Source of the DNA: Cyanidioschyzon merolae
Taxonomy: Eukaryota
DNA: 64,000 bases
Reading direction: 5' to 3' (one strand)
NCBI GenBank assembly: GCA_000091205.1
Contig: AP006489.2
Position 1 is the first letter of the stretch. The number at the start of each line of letters is the position of its first letter. The notes beneath the pieces were generated by a model, which ran no database searches, was not told the DNA's origin, and was given only the letters and a program-made list of their open reading frames with translations. The position numbers and the translations under genes were made by a program. Shown one piece after another: positions 1 to 11,128 of this stretch.

Positions 1-1
1 C

Positions 2-1318
2 GCCGCGACACCCGCTGGCGACCACGGAAGGAACCCCTTTGACGACGACGATGTTGAGCGCGTCACTTTGGACATTGATGAGTCCGAAATCGAAGCACAT
101 AAGAAAGTGTGGGACTCTCGGCGAGCTGCACTGGCGAACTCTGGTGGGCGCGACCCGCTGGACGCATCGGCACGTAGCGCGCTGGCGGCTAGCGCGGGAA
201 CGCCGCAGCGGTCTCTGCGCCACACACTGGCCCCTGACGTGCAAGACAGCATCCTGTTCATGGAACCAAGTCCTGAATCTGTCCCGGGGAATCACGGGAA
301 CGGTTCTGAAGTGGACTTTTCTCGAGCAGAGGGCTCGACAGATTTCCGGAAATCGGCGGCGAAGCCTGCTGTCGTGACGAATCTATCCTCCACATTTGAG
401 GAGGAAGCGCATCACCCGCGGGAACTGTCAGTTACCCCGTCGCTTCGTTCTGAAGACGTGCATCAGAAATTGAACCAATCCAGTGTGCATCACTTCGAGG
501 GGTCGGCCTTGCGACCCGCCCTCTCATGGGATCATATCCCCAGTAGCATTATTCGAGAAACGATCGTATCGCTCGAGACACAGATGGCTCAATATCAGAG
601 GGAGCTTGCTGCGGCTCAGGACGTTATCGGCTCGTTGAGAAAGGCTCTCTGCATTGAGCAAACCAATCGACAGAGCCAAGCTGCGAAAATCGCTGAGATG
701 GAGCTACAGATTCGCGCTTTAGAAGAGGAAACAGACCGAAAAAGCCTTCGAATTGCTTGTTTGGAAAAAGATCGCGAGGAACAGGAGGGTGTTCTCGAGC
801 GCCTCCGCGAGGAACTCGTCCAGACGCAGCGCCGGAACAACGCCGCACACGAGACGGAGGCGTATGCGGACATCTTGTCAAAGCTGCGGGCAGTGCAAGA
901 ACAGCTGGATCTCGTGCAACTCGAACGTGATTTGCTGGAGAAACGATTGAACGGACACTCGTTTGAATCCACTGCGAGAAAACAGAACGACAGCGACGTC
1001 TCAACCGGAAAGGAGAATATCGGGAATACGTCGTCGCGTGCGGTGCCTGCCGAAGCGCCCAGTGCGACGCCCGACGTGCCCAGTGCGCAACGCACGAAGC
1101 CAACACCGCTCCGGTTGACCCAGAAGAGTCCCCATGAAGACGCAGCGGCCGCGTCCGCAAGCCTGGAGCGGTCGGTGGCGAAGCAGCACATCCAAAAGTT
1201 TGAACGGATCCAGACGAGCTCGCTCCTGAGCGCCGAGCAAAGAAACGAGAAGCGGGTCATGCGTTTCACTGACTGGATCGGTAGCGTGCAAGAGCCGAGC
1301 AACTACATGAACACATGA
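2..1318 (+). CDS. Coiled-coil protein, 5' partial. The frame is open to the window edge; the track start at 68 is TTG and the first in-frame ATG is at 260.
   Basis: Reading frame has no stop from position 2. Long heptad-like stretch (LETQMAQYQRELAAAQ...LEEETDRKSL...LVQLERDLLEKRL) with good codon bias. No recognisable catalytic domain. Confidence 0.45.
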   Translation, partial: AATPAGDHGRNPFDDDDVERVTLDIDESEIEAHKKVWDSRRAALANSGGRDPLDASARSALAASAGTPQRSLRHTLAPDVQDSILFMEPSPESVPGNHGNGSEVDFSRAEGSTDFRKSAAKPAVVTNLSSTFEEEAHHPRELSVTPSLRSEDVHQKLNQSSVHHFEGSALRPALSWDHIPSSIIRETIVSLETQMAQYQRELAAAQDVIGSLRKALCIEQTNRQSQAAKIAEMELQIRALEEETDRKSLRIACLEKDREEQEGVLERLREELVQTQRRNNAAHETEAYADILSKLRAVQEQLDLVQLERDLLEKRLNGHSFESTARKQNDSDVSTGKENIGNTSSRAVPAEAPSATPDVPSAQRTKPTPLRLTQKSPHEDAAAASASLERSVAKQHIQKFERIQTSSLLSAEQRNEKRVMRFTDWIGSVQEPSNYMNT

Positions 1319-2823
1319 ACAGCCAAGGAGAGACAGAGAGAGGGTTTCGTGATCTGTGCTCGGTTCGTACGCCGAGCGTATTCAGGTTTTGCACGTGCAC
1401 TGGTGCGCATGGCTAGCCGCATACGCGAACAGCCTAGGGTGCAGGTGGCGAGTGCGCACTGCCCCGAAAGCAGATATGCATAAACCCAGCGCCCGTGCGC
1501 TGGTGTCGTTCCTGGTGATACCTTGAATCGGGTTGTGGTCTGGTTCGCACGAGCGTCCTGTTACAAAAGCCGATCAGCGTGATTCGAGGCCAAAGATGGA
1601 CCCACCGGAAATCTTCCAGATATACGAAGGCAGCTTTGCGGCACCGTGCCTTGGGTTATACGGGGGTTTACCACCAAGCATGTTCGTACTTTGCGCGGTC
1701 TGCTTCCGAGACCTGTCTCCGATGAGCAGCACAGCACGCCATCAGCAAGCTGTGCTCCAAGCGATGCTCTCGCTCATTTGCTCGCTTCGTTAAGCGCCGA
1801 GTGAGCGCGCTGTCATCCGGCAACATGAGACGGTGGATCCAAGACGGTGCACGCTTGGCGCTCTCTCACAGAATCCACACGACAACTGCAGAGATTCTCA
1901 AGTCGTCTGGCTGAATCCGATGCTTCGCACACGCCCATCCAACCGCATATTGCCGATGTTGACGCGCTCCTCGCTATAACCCGTCTGAAACGAATACGAG
2001 AGGCACCTCAAACGTCAGATGGGCGGCAGCAGTGTACGTTCCAAACTGTGATGCGTATCGTTCATCACTTTCCCTAAAAATACATCCTGCAACTTTTTGG
2101 ACACCTCATACGACCGAGCAGCGAATCTCTCTCCGCATCTCGTGCCAACGTGCACCGTCATTCATACCGCTGCGAGACGGCAGCGTGACTGACTTCCTGA
2201 CACCGCCGGCTCCGATCCAAGGCCTCTGTCACGCGGCTGGGACACGACCAGTGGAACGACCGCCCCTTCGCCCATGGCGCTGCTGGGGCCGCAGCCTTCC
2301 ACTTTTCCCGCCAGACGCACGAAAACGTCCCGCGCACTGAAAACGAGCGCGCCATCGGCCATGCGACGCCGAAGATCGGATATGCGCAGCTCCAGCTGCA
2401 GCTGCGTCCTTGCGACTCCATCGCTTGGATCGGGGCGAGAGGCGCAGCGCTCGGAAACCTCGCGAACAAGTCGGCTCTCGGGGGCTTGCAAGCTCAAGAC
2501 CAAACGATACGCTAGATGCGAGTCTGGAAGAAACGCGAGGCCGCACGATACCAGCTCGCCCAGTACGAAGAGCATGTCGAAGCTTTCCAAAGCCGTGCTG
2601 AGGAACTTTTGACCAAGATCGACAGCAGGTTAGAGAGACTGTGTGAGCGCCTGGAGAAAGTAGAAGAAAAGTGTTGCCAACTCGTCGGAATCAATCCCCA
2701 GCAGAGGGCAGGAGAAAAGTAGGCTGCGTCAACGCCGCACGAGAGCACCGGGCTGGCGTTACCGTTAACGAGAGGCAGGCACGACACGCGAAGCGCTGCG
2801 ACAGCGCGGTGCGTGCCTCGGCC

Positions 2824-3270
2824 TCATGACGAGCTCAAAGACTGAATCCAGTCCTGAACAGGGTCTCCCGTCGACGCGGCTCGGTCTTCGGACCTGGACA
2901 GCTGTTCCCGTAAAGCCTGCAGCTCAGCTGCCTGACGCTGAAGCTCCGCCTCGAGCTTCCTCCGCGCGTTGCGCTCCCGCTGCGCGTTCATAGAACTACC
3001 AGCCAAATAGCCGATAAAAACTGCACCCACTCGCGCAAAGTTCAAAAGACTCGTATACGACGCCGTGGCACCAGCTGAACCAACAGTTCCGGAAACCATT
3101 CCTGTCTTCTCAGTGCAGTATACCCGTTCCGGGTAGACAGAACGACGCGGATTCGCTGACGGCGAGCAGTGCGCGACTCTACCGATCCACTTTTTTCTTA
3201 ATTTGATCAAATGTTCATAGAGGCCAGCGTTCCCCAGCTGTGCGCTTTGTATCCGCGCGCGGTCATTCAT
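2824..3270 (-). CDS. Hypothetical small protein with one TM-like segment followed by a coiled coil (first ATG; track ORF starts at a GTG at 3282)
   Basis: ORF 2824..3282(-). Hydrophobic segment TSLLNFARVGAVFIGYLAGSS followed by RKLEAELQRQAAELQALREQL. No family recognised. Confidence 0.3.
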   Translation of the reverse strand: MNDRARIQSAQLGNAGLYEHLIKLRKKWIGRVAHCSPSANPRRSVYPERVYCTEKTGMVSGTVGSAGATASYTSLLNFARVGAVFIGYLAGSSMNAQRERNARRKLEAELQRQAAELQALREQLSRSEDRAASTGDPVQDWIQSLSSS

Positions 3271-3329
3271 CCATCGATCCACGTCCTACTTCCAAGTTCC
3301 ATACCTCATTCTTCTTCTCGGATATACTC

Positions 3330-4620
3330 GTCGTTTGATCTGCTCTATCGAGCGCCGAGCACCTGCCCTGATCGTCTGCGACAGCGCCTGTACCGTTGGT
3401 ACGGATGCAGCTCGGCAACAGAACGGCGTTGCCGTGCCAGAGAGAGCGTCGGCTCGACAGGTTAAACGAATGCCGTGTCACGGAGGCCTCCCATTCTTGT
3501 TGGACCGGCCACCCTTCCAATGGTTTCAGCTTCTCCTTGTGCATAACGGCTCTGAGAGGCTGCCCCACAAAGTTCGCTCGTGTCTGCTCCGCGGATCACG
3601 TCTTCAGTACCACACATCGTCCGATATGGATGGCGGCATTGAAGTCTCGGTTCACGGATTCTATGCGTTTATTGCCTCTGATTGAACAGATCCTTTCAAG
3701 GCGTCGTTGAACGCTCGCCCCCTGTTCGATTTGGTGCTCTATCAGCTATTCAAACTTTCCGATCGCCGAGGCGCTTCGCAGCCTTCCCACCGTCTCGATC
3801 TTCAGTATTGTACGCCTCTGCTGAATCTTTCGATTTTTTACTTTTGAAAATGGATGCACTACTTTGTACCCTTTTAAGTGAGGGCCTTCTCGGGGCGAGA
3901 AGGACTTGCGGAAGAAAGACGAGATGTGCTGCCTTGTGTTACGCTGTGTTGAAAACTTCATCAATTCGCCCAGAGCAGCGATCGCTACGTTTCACGATAG
4001 AGAGCACTCTTTCGATGCGGCTCAACAATGGACAGTACGGAGGAATGAAGAGCAGCTCTACCCGATAGACCCGGCAAAAGCTCGAACGCAAGCGGAAATA
4101 TCAAATGCAACGTTGTCCAAAGGAAGGACGTGGCAAGACCTTGAGAAGAAAATTTTCAAGGATTCAGTGGAGTAGATCGTGGCGTTGTATGAGCTTGCTG
4201 TACGGGCGAAACTGAGACCGTCGAAAGAATCCACTGCATCTATACTAGATAATGATGTCGTCGTTCTCTTCGAGTTCGATCTTAGATACAACGGGTTCCC
4301 TGTACGCGAATACCCAGATACGCTCCGATTGTTTCATCAGAAGCAAGTCTCACCGACTGGAAAAACAAACCGGCGTCCCTGTGCTTCATACGGATCGGAA
4401 CGTTCCAGGAACGCTGTCGCTGCGATTCCGATGGAAGATAGCCTTGCACGAACCAGGGCATTTTGGGAATGTATCACGGTGTTTTTGCGATCATATGAAC
4501 GAGCTGGCGAGAAAAATACATACAGGTAATGGCTATTGTCATCGCTCTCGCCTTCCGAAAAAAAGGGGTTCAAAGGGTCATTCTCTACCATTGACCTCAG
4601 GAAGTATCTGAAAATATCGG
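3330..4620 (-). mobile_element. Degraded composite DNA-transposon remnant, copy 1: Tc1/mariner-type transposase C-terminal fragment plus TnpB/Fanzor-like RuvC-III fragment plus a conserved downstream hairpin-rich element
   Basis: Minus-strand translation near 3990-4060 gives VELLFIPPYCPLLSRIERVLSIVKR (compare Tc1 [13 protein letters not shown]..LK). Minus-strand 3610-3650 gives ESVNRDFNAAIHIGRC (RDxNAAxNI RuvC-III signature). The whole interval is homologous, inverted, to 48640-49900: shared peptides FFRKSFSPREGP, C(V/I)RAFA(G/D)SI, LVLFE(F/Y)D, VLHT(D/G)R..PGTL, with a constant coordinate sum near 53188. Confidence 0.55.
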
Positions 4621-5024
4621 TTTCTTTTGGCGCGAAGCGCAGAATACTTGTTTCTTTCTGTGTTCTTCAACGATCTGAGCTCTGTGGACTGGCCGACTGA
4701 CCTGCATGAGGAAACCAGCCCTCCATACACTATTTAGAAAAGAACATATATCCTACAGGCAGTTCGTCGACGATCTATAGGGTACGCTGCATCGTGATAC
4801 CGATCTCCTGCAACATACCGCAACAGGGGTGAAACACAACTGGATTGAAAAGCCAGAAAGTCCTGCTGCCGACCTGGCCTGGGCTGGGCATCTGCCCGTC
4901 GGCGATTATCCGGACAGCACCGAAAGCGCTCCGCCTGGTTACGCTAACCGAGGTGTTTTTGGGCTTTTCGGTTGCCGCTGAGCGAGGTTCGCCCATAACC
5001 AACCTGCACTGCTGCACCAGTGGC

Positions 5025-6314
5025 ATGCGTCGTCTGGAGCAGAGCGAAGTGCAGGCTAGCACAGGAAGCGATCACGTTTCGCTGGTCTCTTTTCTGGCAC
5101 TGCAAGCACTCCTATACGCTACCGCCCTCAGCGGTGTTCTGGTGCCTTGCTTGGGCAACGACAGCGACACTGAGGTTGGGCAAGTGTCCAGCGCCGCCTG
5201 CGAGGAATTCGGCCCGCAAGCCGACCCCAGACTGAGACTCGCAGTAGCGCGGAGGACGCAGCGGCCCCAAGCGGCTCGGCGTTCGTGGAAACACGTTTTC
5301 GAGGACTGGGGTCGCGGCGTTGCCGCTGGGGTGCTCCTATCCGCAGCGCTGGTGCATATCCTCCCGTCCAGTGCTGTGCAGCTCGAAGATAACCTAGCCA
5401 CTGCGTACGGAATGGAACGCAGCACTGCTGTTTCTCTGTTGGGAACCTGTTTCCTCGTAGGCGTGCTGGGTGTCTACTGCATCGACTTGAGAGCGCGACG
5501 CGCTGCCGACGCACCCAGATTGCCAAGTCCGTTATGCGTAGACGCTCGAGCGCCACATCCTTGGGGCGATTGTTCGCAGCGACCGGCACCATCCGAGCGA
5601 GTGGATTCTGGACATCCGCTTTCCCAGCTCGAAGCACACCCTGCATCGACAAGCGCTGCATTGCAACGTTCACAGCCTGCAACTGCCGAGCACCATCTGC
5701 GGCCAATCTGGAAAATCCTGCTCTGCTCGCTGTCCTTTCACGCCCTATCAGAGGGTATGGCGCTTGGCTTGTCCGTGTATCGCACGTTCGTCGCGATGTA
5801 CCTTGCGATTATTTTGCATAAATTTTTCGCGGGGCTCGCGCTTGGCGTATCGCTTGCCAGCGCAAGAGAGCCAATGGCGCGTTGTCTCAGGGCTGGAGCG
5901 CTTTTCGCAGCGGCAACGCCATGTGCCGCTACCCTAGCGAGGCTGTCAGCGCACTGGAGTCAGTTGGACAGCGCCCGCTCGGGAGGAGCAGTCCGAATCG
6001 TAGGCGGCCTCCTGAATGGAATTGCTGCCGGGAGTTTCCTAGCGATCAGTTTACTCGAAATCATACCTTGTCCGAGGAATTCTGCTGAAGCTAGCCAAGT
6101 GGCGCCATGGATTGGAAAATCGCACGAAAATGCCATGGATTGGTACCGGGGAACGCCCGGCTATGAGACGCTAACGACAGCGGATTCATGTGCAACCCTG
6201 AATGCTGGCGTAGATACGGCTGCAGATCCAATGGCAGCGATGTCGAGTCGACAAACGCTCGTTCCGTTGCTTTTTAGTGCGGCTACATTCTCGCTGCTTG
6301 CGCTGTGGATTTGA
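5025..6314 (+). CDS. ZIP-family (ZRT/IRT-like) metal cation transporter. First ATG used; the track start at 4845 is TTG.
   Basis: HALSEGMALGLSVYRTFVAMYLAIILHKFFAGLALGVSLA matches the ZIP signature helices (HxxxE / HKxxxG). Multiple TM segments. Signal-like N-terminus MRRLEQSEV...LVSFLALQALLYATALSG. Confidence 0.8.
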   Translation: MRRLEQSEVQASTGSDHVSLVSFLALQALLYATALSGVLVPCLGNDSDTEVGQVSSAACEEFGPQADPRLRLAVARRTQRPQAARRSWKHVFEDWGRGVAAGVLLSAALVHILPSSAVQLEDNLATAYGMERSTAVSLLGTCFLVGVLGVYCIDLRARRAADAPRLPSPLCVDARAPHPWGDCSQRPAPSERVDSGHPLSQLEAHPASTSAALQRSQPATAEHHLRPIWKILLCSLSFHALSEGMALGLSVYRTFVAMYLAIILHKFFAGLALGVSLASAREPMARCLRAGALFAAATPCAATLARLSAHWSQLDSARSGGAVRIVGGLLNGIAAGSFLAISLLEIIPCPRNSAEASQVAPWIGKSHENAMDWYRGTPGYETLTTADSCATLNAGVDTAADPMAAMSSRQTLVPLLFSAATFSLLALWI

Positions 6315-6565
6315 GGTATCACACCGATCTACTTTTCCTGCGTTGCATACGGGAACGACACGCCGTCGCCGCCACCGCCTGCACAAGGCCTTGTATCGAT
6401 ACGCTCTATATATCTTGGGATCATTGAATCTAACCACGGATCCTGGCCTATAACAGGCGTTGCGTCGATACGAGCCCCGAAACGGCTTCAAGGAGCGACG
6501 CGCACATGCACACAGGCATCCGCGTCGATGCATTGATCCTGCAGTATCTAACGAGGCATGGTCAC

Positions 6566-8476
6566 CTAGGCGATTCCGGATGCAGTACCGCGCACCATCT
6601 CGGCGATGGTCGTTGTCGTGGCGCTCAAAGTCGCTACAGCGCCGAATGCTAGCATGAAAATGTCGAGTGCTCGCTCCCATGTGGAGAGTCGCTGCCAAAA
6701 CACACGCAGATGAAAGAGCGCCGGCAGCGTGTACGCGAGTGTCGCTGCACCGAGCGCACCCACAAGTGATTGGAAAAGTCCGAAATCTTTGCCGGCGATG
6801 ACTGCTGCGACAACGGTGCCAATGACAAGCGAAACACGCACGAGAACGGCAGCGGGCTCGTCAGTGAAATAGGTGCAATAGAGGGTTGCGACTCTCCTCG
6901 CCAGCGGTGCCCGGTCTGCGGCGATGGGCGGGGCCGGTTCCGGCGGTGCCTCAGCTGGTGCGCTGGCCTGCGGAGATGGCGGCGAGGCTCCACCAGGCGC
7001 ACCGAATGCATCGATATGATCTGGTACAGGGACCGGAGATGTCGAAATCGCCGCTTTGGAACCGCCAGATTCTTCGAACAGTAGCGCGCTGCCCGGACCC
7101 GAATCGCGCTGCTCTGAAGCAACTCGCACGTCGACAATATCGATGGAATCGAGTCGCTCGTCAAGAGGCTCTGGCGTTTGCTCCCCGTCGATTGCACGAG
7201 ACGCTTTACGCTCGGGCGTAATGCGAGTTTCGACGACCTGAATAGCGTCTATAGATACAGTCTCATCGAAAGGTTCCGGATGCCGGCTTGGCAGTGGCTC
7301 GCCTGAATGCGCCGATCCAGTACCCAGTTGACGCGTTCGAAGCCACGTCGTGGTTGCCAGCCAGGCCTCGAGCGCTTGAACAATGGGTACCAGCTGCAGT
7401 GGATATGTAAAAAGAATACCGATACAGGCAACGCTCTTCACAATACGCACGGCCGCGCTGTGACCCATATTCAGGAGAATGATCGAGCGAGTCTGCTTGC
7501 CAAAGGTCATGAAACCCAGCAATCCGATGAGCAGAAGAATCGCCCCCATGAGCACCATCGTTGCGCTCAGGATAACGTTGAAGCGACGGGGATTCTTCAT
7601 GCTCCCTTCGACTGGCAAGACCACACCGATGCCTTCCAGTGCAGCGCTCATCTGTCCAAAGAACACGGGCCACTTCCAGAACAAAGGCGAATACGGTCGA
7701 TATTGAAAGTTTGCCATGAGGAATACAAGCACCGCACTGAACCCGACGAAAATACCGATATTGGCTAGATAACTGAATGGTGTCAACTTCCGCACCGACC
7801 GCAGAAGCGCCAACGTGAGCACGATGGGCAGCGGGATGAGGAGGAACCAGGCTGGCGCACAGTCGCAGCGCGTCAGGTCATGTATGGTCTGGGCGAGGAA
7901 AATCAGATACCCCGTGCAGTACCCGAACTGGGTCAGCAGGAGCGCCAGATTCACGACCAGCTCTCCGGCACGACCAAAGGCATAGGCACCAACGTCGCCG
8001 TAAAGCACTTGTCGAGCGGGCACACACGACGCTGCCCCCGGAGAGTCCGAACTGACCTCTGCGAACGGTGCACGTTCTGAGCCAGGTTCTGTGCCGCCGC
8101 GTTGTCTCTGCCACCATTCTGCTGGGATATGGCGCTTCACGCGCACGAGTAAGACACAGCCATAGAAGGTCAACAGACTGACTAGGACCAAACCCAGAAT
8201 GCCTCGCGTCACGCCAGCGTAGGAAAACGCATAGGAAACGTAGAGAAAGTTCAAACCGAGGAATCCTTTCAGCAAGTTGGCAAACTCACCCAGCACGCTT
8301 TTCAAACTCGAGCCCGACGTGCGAAGCGTGTCGCTTTCGGGTTTCGTACCGGTTGCGTCCGCGTTTTCCGCAGAGTGCTCGGTAGCCACAACCAGGTCCG
8401 GGACACTGTCTGCAGCGGCCTGCGACGAGGCACCTCCCGGCGAGCTCGCCGCGTCTGGTGTAAAACGCCCGACCAT
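6566..8476 (-). CDS. Amino-acid transporter of the Aa_trans (AVT/ATF-like) family with a large low-complexity internal loop. First ATG used; the track start at 8554 is GTG.
   Basis: N-terminal SVLGEFANLLKGFLGLNFLYVSYAFSYAGVTRGILGLVLVSLLTFYGC is typical of the Aa_trans family. About 11 TM segments. An insertion of roughly 200 aa rich in P/A/S/E/D sits between helices. Confidence 0.75.
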   Translation of the reverse strand: MVGRFTPDAASSPGGASSQAAADSVPDLVVATEHSAENADATGTKPESDTLRTSGSSLKSVLGEFANLLKGFLGLNFLYVSYAFSYAGVTRGILGLVLVSLLTFYGCVLLVRVKRHIPAEWWQRQRGGTEPGSERAPFAEVSSDSPGAASCVPARQVLYGDVGAYAFGRAGELVVNLALLLTQFGYCTGYLIFLAQTIHDLTRCDCAPAWFLLIPLPIVLTLALLRSVRKLTPFSYLANIGIFVGFSAVLVFLMANFQYRPYSPLFWKWPVFFGQMSAALEGIGVVLPVEGSMKNPRRFNVILSATMVLMGAILLLIGLLGFMTFGKQTRSIILLNMGHSAAVRIVKSVACIGILFTYPLQLVPIVQALEAWLATTTWLRTRQLGTGSAHSGEPLPSRHPEPFDETVSIDAIQVVETRITPERKASRAIDGEQTPEPLDERLDSIDIVDVRVASEQRDSGPGSALLFEESGGSKAAISTSPVPVPDHIDAFGAPGGASPPSPQASAPAEAPPEPAPPIAADRAPLARRVATLYCTYFTDEPAAVLVRVSLVIGTVVAAVIAGKDFGLFQSLVGALGAATLAYTLPALFHLRVFWQRLSTWERALDIFMLAFGAVATLSATTTTIAEMVRGTASGIA

Positions 8477-9852
8477 GAAGGAAGCTTGCTTCGCATTCGC
8501 GTACGTCTGAGACAGCGTCAATGACGAAGAGTTCACGCTGTGAGGAAACCGCACCTAGTCAGGCGGGTAGGCAGTCTGCCTGAATACGTTCGTACGTATG
8601 GGTGTCGCGCGCGACTCGAGAAAGTAACGACAGCAGGTAGAGGCGCGCGTGGATACTCCGCCAAGCTCCGACGTGAGACACGGGGGCTGGTTGCTCTCAT
8701 ATGCACGTTGAGGGTGCCTATGCTTTGAATGCACGTAGTTGTAGGTGTGTCTGCTTTCCAGGGAAAAACTGTGCAGGAATATGGGCGAACGGATGCAGTG
8801 TCTGCATAGAAAAACGAAAGCGTTGAGCAGTACGCGTTTGTTTTTCATAGTAGCTATCGGAAAATCGACGCTTCGTTGCTTGATCCCTGAACAAATCAGC
8901 AGAAAGGTTGCAATGAGAAGTCTATCTTGCCGGCAGCAAGTCTCGAGCAGGCATCCTGGCAAGCTGGCTGGTTCCCGATCTAGCGAAATCAATACCACGA
9001 AAACGAGCTGCTTCCGGTGTCGGTGCACTGTGCTCGCGGTGCCTCTACTACGTCGTGTCGCGACTTGTGCCGCTGGAGCGTGAACTCTGCCGCAGAACGA
9101 TACGCAGCGCGAACAACAAAGCACGCTGTTGCTGTGGAGCTGTCGCAGCTCCTGCTGACAGCATCAGGCTGCGTAACCTGGTAGAGTCTCGTTCGGTGCA
9201 TCGATCTCGTTTGGCGTACCCGACGGACTACACGAATCAGGGAATCGCTGAACCATACGCAATGGTTATTGGCATCTGGGAGAGCGTCCATTATGCTGCA
9301 GGAGACTTGCAAGCTCCACTGGGTACCAGCCATAATTCCATGCGGATATCATGGTCGATTCAAATGGTCTAATAGGTGCTGAGCTCACCGTACGCGCTCA
9401 CTACCAAGTCTGTGGATGCATGGATCCTGTGCAGTTGATAAAGCATCCACGTTCGAAACCGATACTTGGTACGATGGTAGACAGTTCTTTCATGCCAGCT
9501 GGGCGTGCTGCAGGACGGTGCATGTGCTCGCTGCTCATCCTCCAATGCTCGACATGCACTCTTGTGAGAATTAAAAATGAAACAAGTCCATGAGCACGGG
9601 GCGTGCAAGTCTAACCTGGGATCTATCTCTGCTATCAGCAATACCAGCGTTTGCGGGCTTTTTCGAAGACGACTTTGTCTCTCTGATCTCCGGATTTGAA
9701 CACGTTGGTGTGCCTGCTTTTCGCCCAGCTCCGCTGCGGGCAGTCGAATGAAGTTGACAGCAGCTTTCAAGTCCCGAAATCAAAGCGCCAAGCTGTGATT
9801 CAAGCATTTCATGCACAGGCAAGCGTTCCGATTTGCGCTCGGCATGCCAGAT

Positions 9853-10339
9853 TCATACTTTTTTTGTGTATGGCCTCGATGCGCACTTCGTAGCGGTGAC
9901 GCTCGGCACGGGTATGGTAAGGGGTTTCCATGTAAGAAATGTGCTTTCACCTGCGGGCGGTGCACGACGGTGCATGAACGCCTGCCTCATGGCTCGGTAC
10001 ATGCCCTTGACAGGCGTACAAGGCTTTCCTCGATACTCGGCTCGGTTTCCGCCCCGGTGCACCGCACCCTATGATCACAGGCTTTTTCTGGGCGATCCCC
10101 TTGTCAAGGACGCGGTCCGCCGCACGCGCAAGCTGTTCTGTTCGATACAGGATTTGCGGAATGCGATGCTGTTCATAATGAAACAAGTACCGGAACGAAA
10201 CTCCATCTTGGAGAACAAGTCGCGCAGCATCGATTCGTTTGCGTTGCTTTCGTACAAAGCGGTGGTGTACGCTCTACTGGAAGTGATCGCTGCGATGACA
10301 GGTGCCCGAGTCGAACACCCTTCCCGACGCAAAAGATAG
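9853..10339 (-). pseudogene. TnpB/Fanzor-like nuclease fragment (copy A), frameshifted and truncated before the zinc finger and RuvC-III
   Basis: Consecutive minus-strand ORFs in different frames carry LFSKMEFRSGTCFIMNSIAFRKSCIEQNSLRVRR and then RGKPCTPVKGMYRAMRQAFMHRR..FLTWKPL. These align residue-by-residue with copy C (35.5-35.8 kb): DMDFAFRARFIINNITLH and KPKVSVKGMYRVMKQFLTRH..VDIWEH. Confidence 0.5.
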
Positions 10340-11093
10340 AGATGCAGACGCTATGGAGCATGCTCCGCGATAGGTAGCATACTGCCGTAAAGTACCGAAT
10401 CATCAACGGCTGCAGAGAGAGACAGCATGATTTGTCTATCGAATAAAGTCGGTTATTTAACGGAACAAGTTCAGTAACGTTTTTGCATGAGCCTGCGACA
10501 AAGGATTCTGGGAGATTCTTTGGGGGGTTTCGTTCCCCCAGCAACCCAGCGGCATGCTCAGTTGCGCCGCCGAGTTGCCTCAAAAGATAGTCGTATAGAA
10601 AACCTGAAGCAGTTGTGATATGGGCATGGTACACGTAAGGAAAGGAGCAGCGTGGACTATCTTACACACGAATTGGATAAAGATATCGCGTACCTTACGA
10701 AGCTTTGCTCAAGATCGTCTCAAACCATCTTGACTCCTGGAATGTCATGAATTCCAGTGGTAAAGCATCGAAGGAGCAACGCTGAAAACGCGATCAAGAA
10801 CCCTAACGCTGCGTGTGAGTCCGTGAACCCCCATTGCTGCCATTCGAATGCCACGGCTATCTATCTACACAAATTTTCGGAAAATAATCGAAAGCCTGGA
10901 AGAGAGCACCCAGTACCGTATTCCGAAATGTTCTGACATGGGCGTGCGACACAGCTTCCGCCAATTTTGAGAAGCGCGCTCCGTGAGCCGCGCCAGGTAT
11001 TCGAATACTTTAGACGTAGACAGCGTCTTGGTACCAGCATCCATAAGAGATGCTGTTTGGCAGCTACTGGAGCCCAGTGTGTGGCTGGTTTGA

Positions 11094-11128
11094 CACCACC
11101 ACCACCACCACCACCACCACCACCACCC
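11094..11128. repeat. (CCA)n microsatellite, about 11 units
   Basis: Run caccaccaccaccaccaccaccaccaccaccacc seen directly. Confidence 0.95.

Noticed and set aside
616-1302. 228-aa and 178-aa minus-strand ORFs inside the coiled-coil gene, and similar antisense ORFs inside the ZIP gene (5128..5706) and aa-transporter gene (6649..7197)
   Set aside because: They are antisense to or out of frame with well-supported CDSs. The proteins are Arg/Ser/Cys-rich and low-complexity, typical of GC-rich antisense reading frames.
3340-3450. Hairpin-rich conserved element as a tRNA, 5S or snRNA gene
   Set aside because: It has no tRNA T-loop (GTTCRANYC) or D-loop consensus, no 5S or U6 signature, and its length and structure do not fit. 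It is better explained as a transposon subterminal/omega-RNA-like region (see findings).
8555-9124. 189-aa minus-strand ORF and neighbouring 100-170-aa ORFs (8745..9083, 10173..10634, 37481..38080, 59934..60572, 53649..54029)
   Set aside because: No domain or motif support, compositionally odd (Arg/Cys-rich), and located in repeat-relic or intergenic DNA. Not reported as genes.
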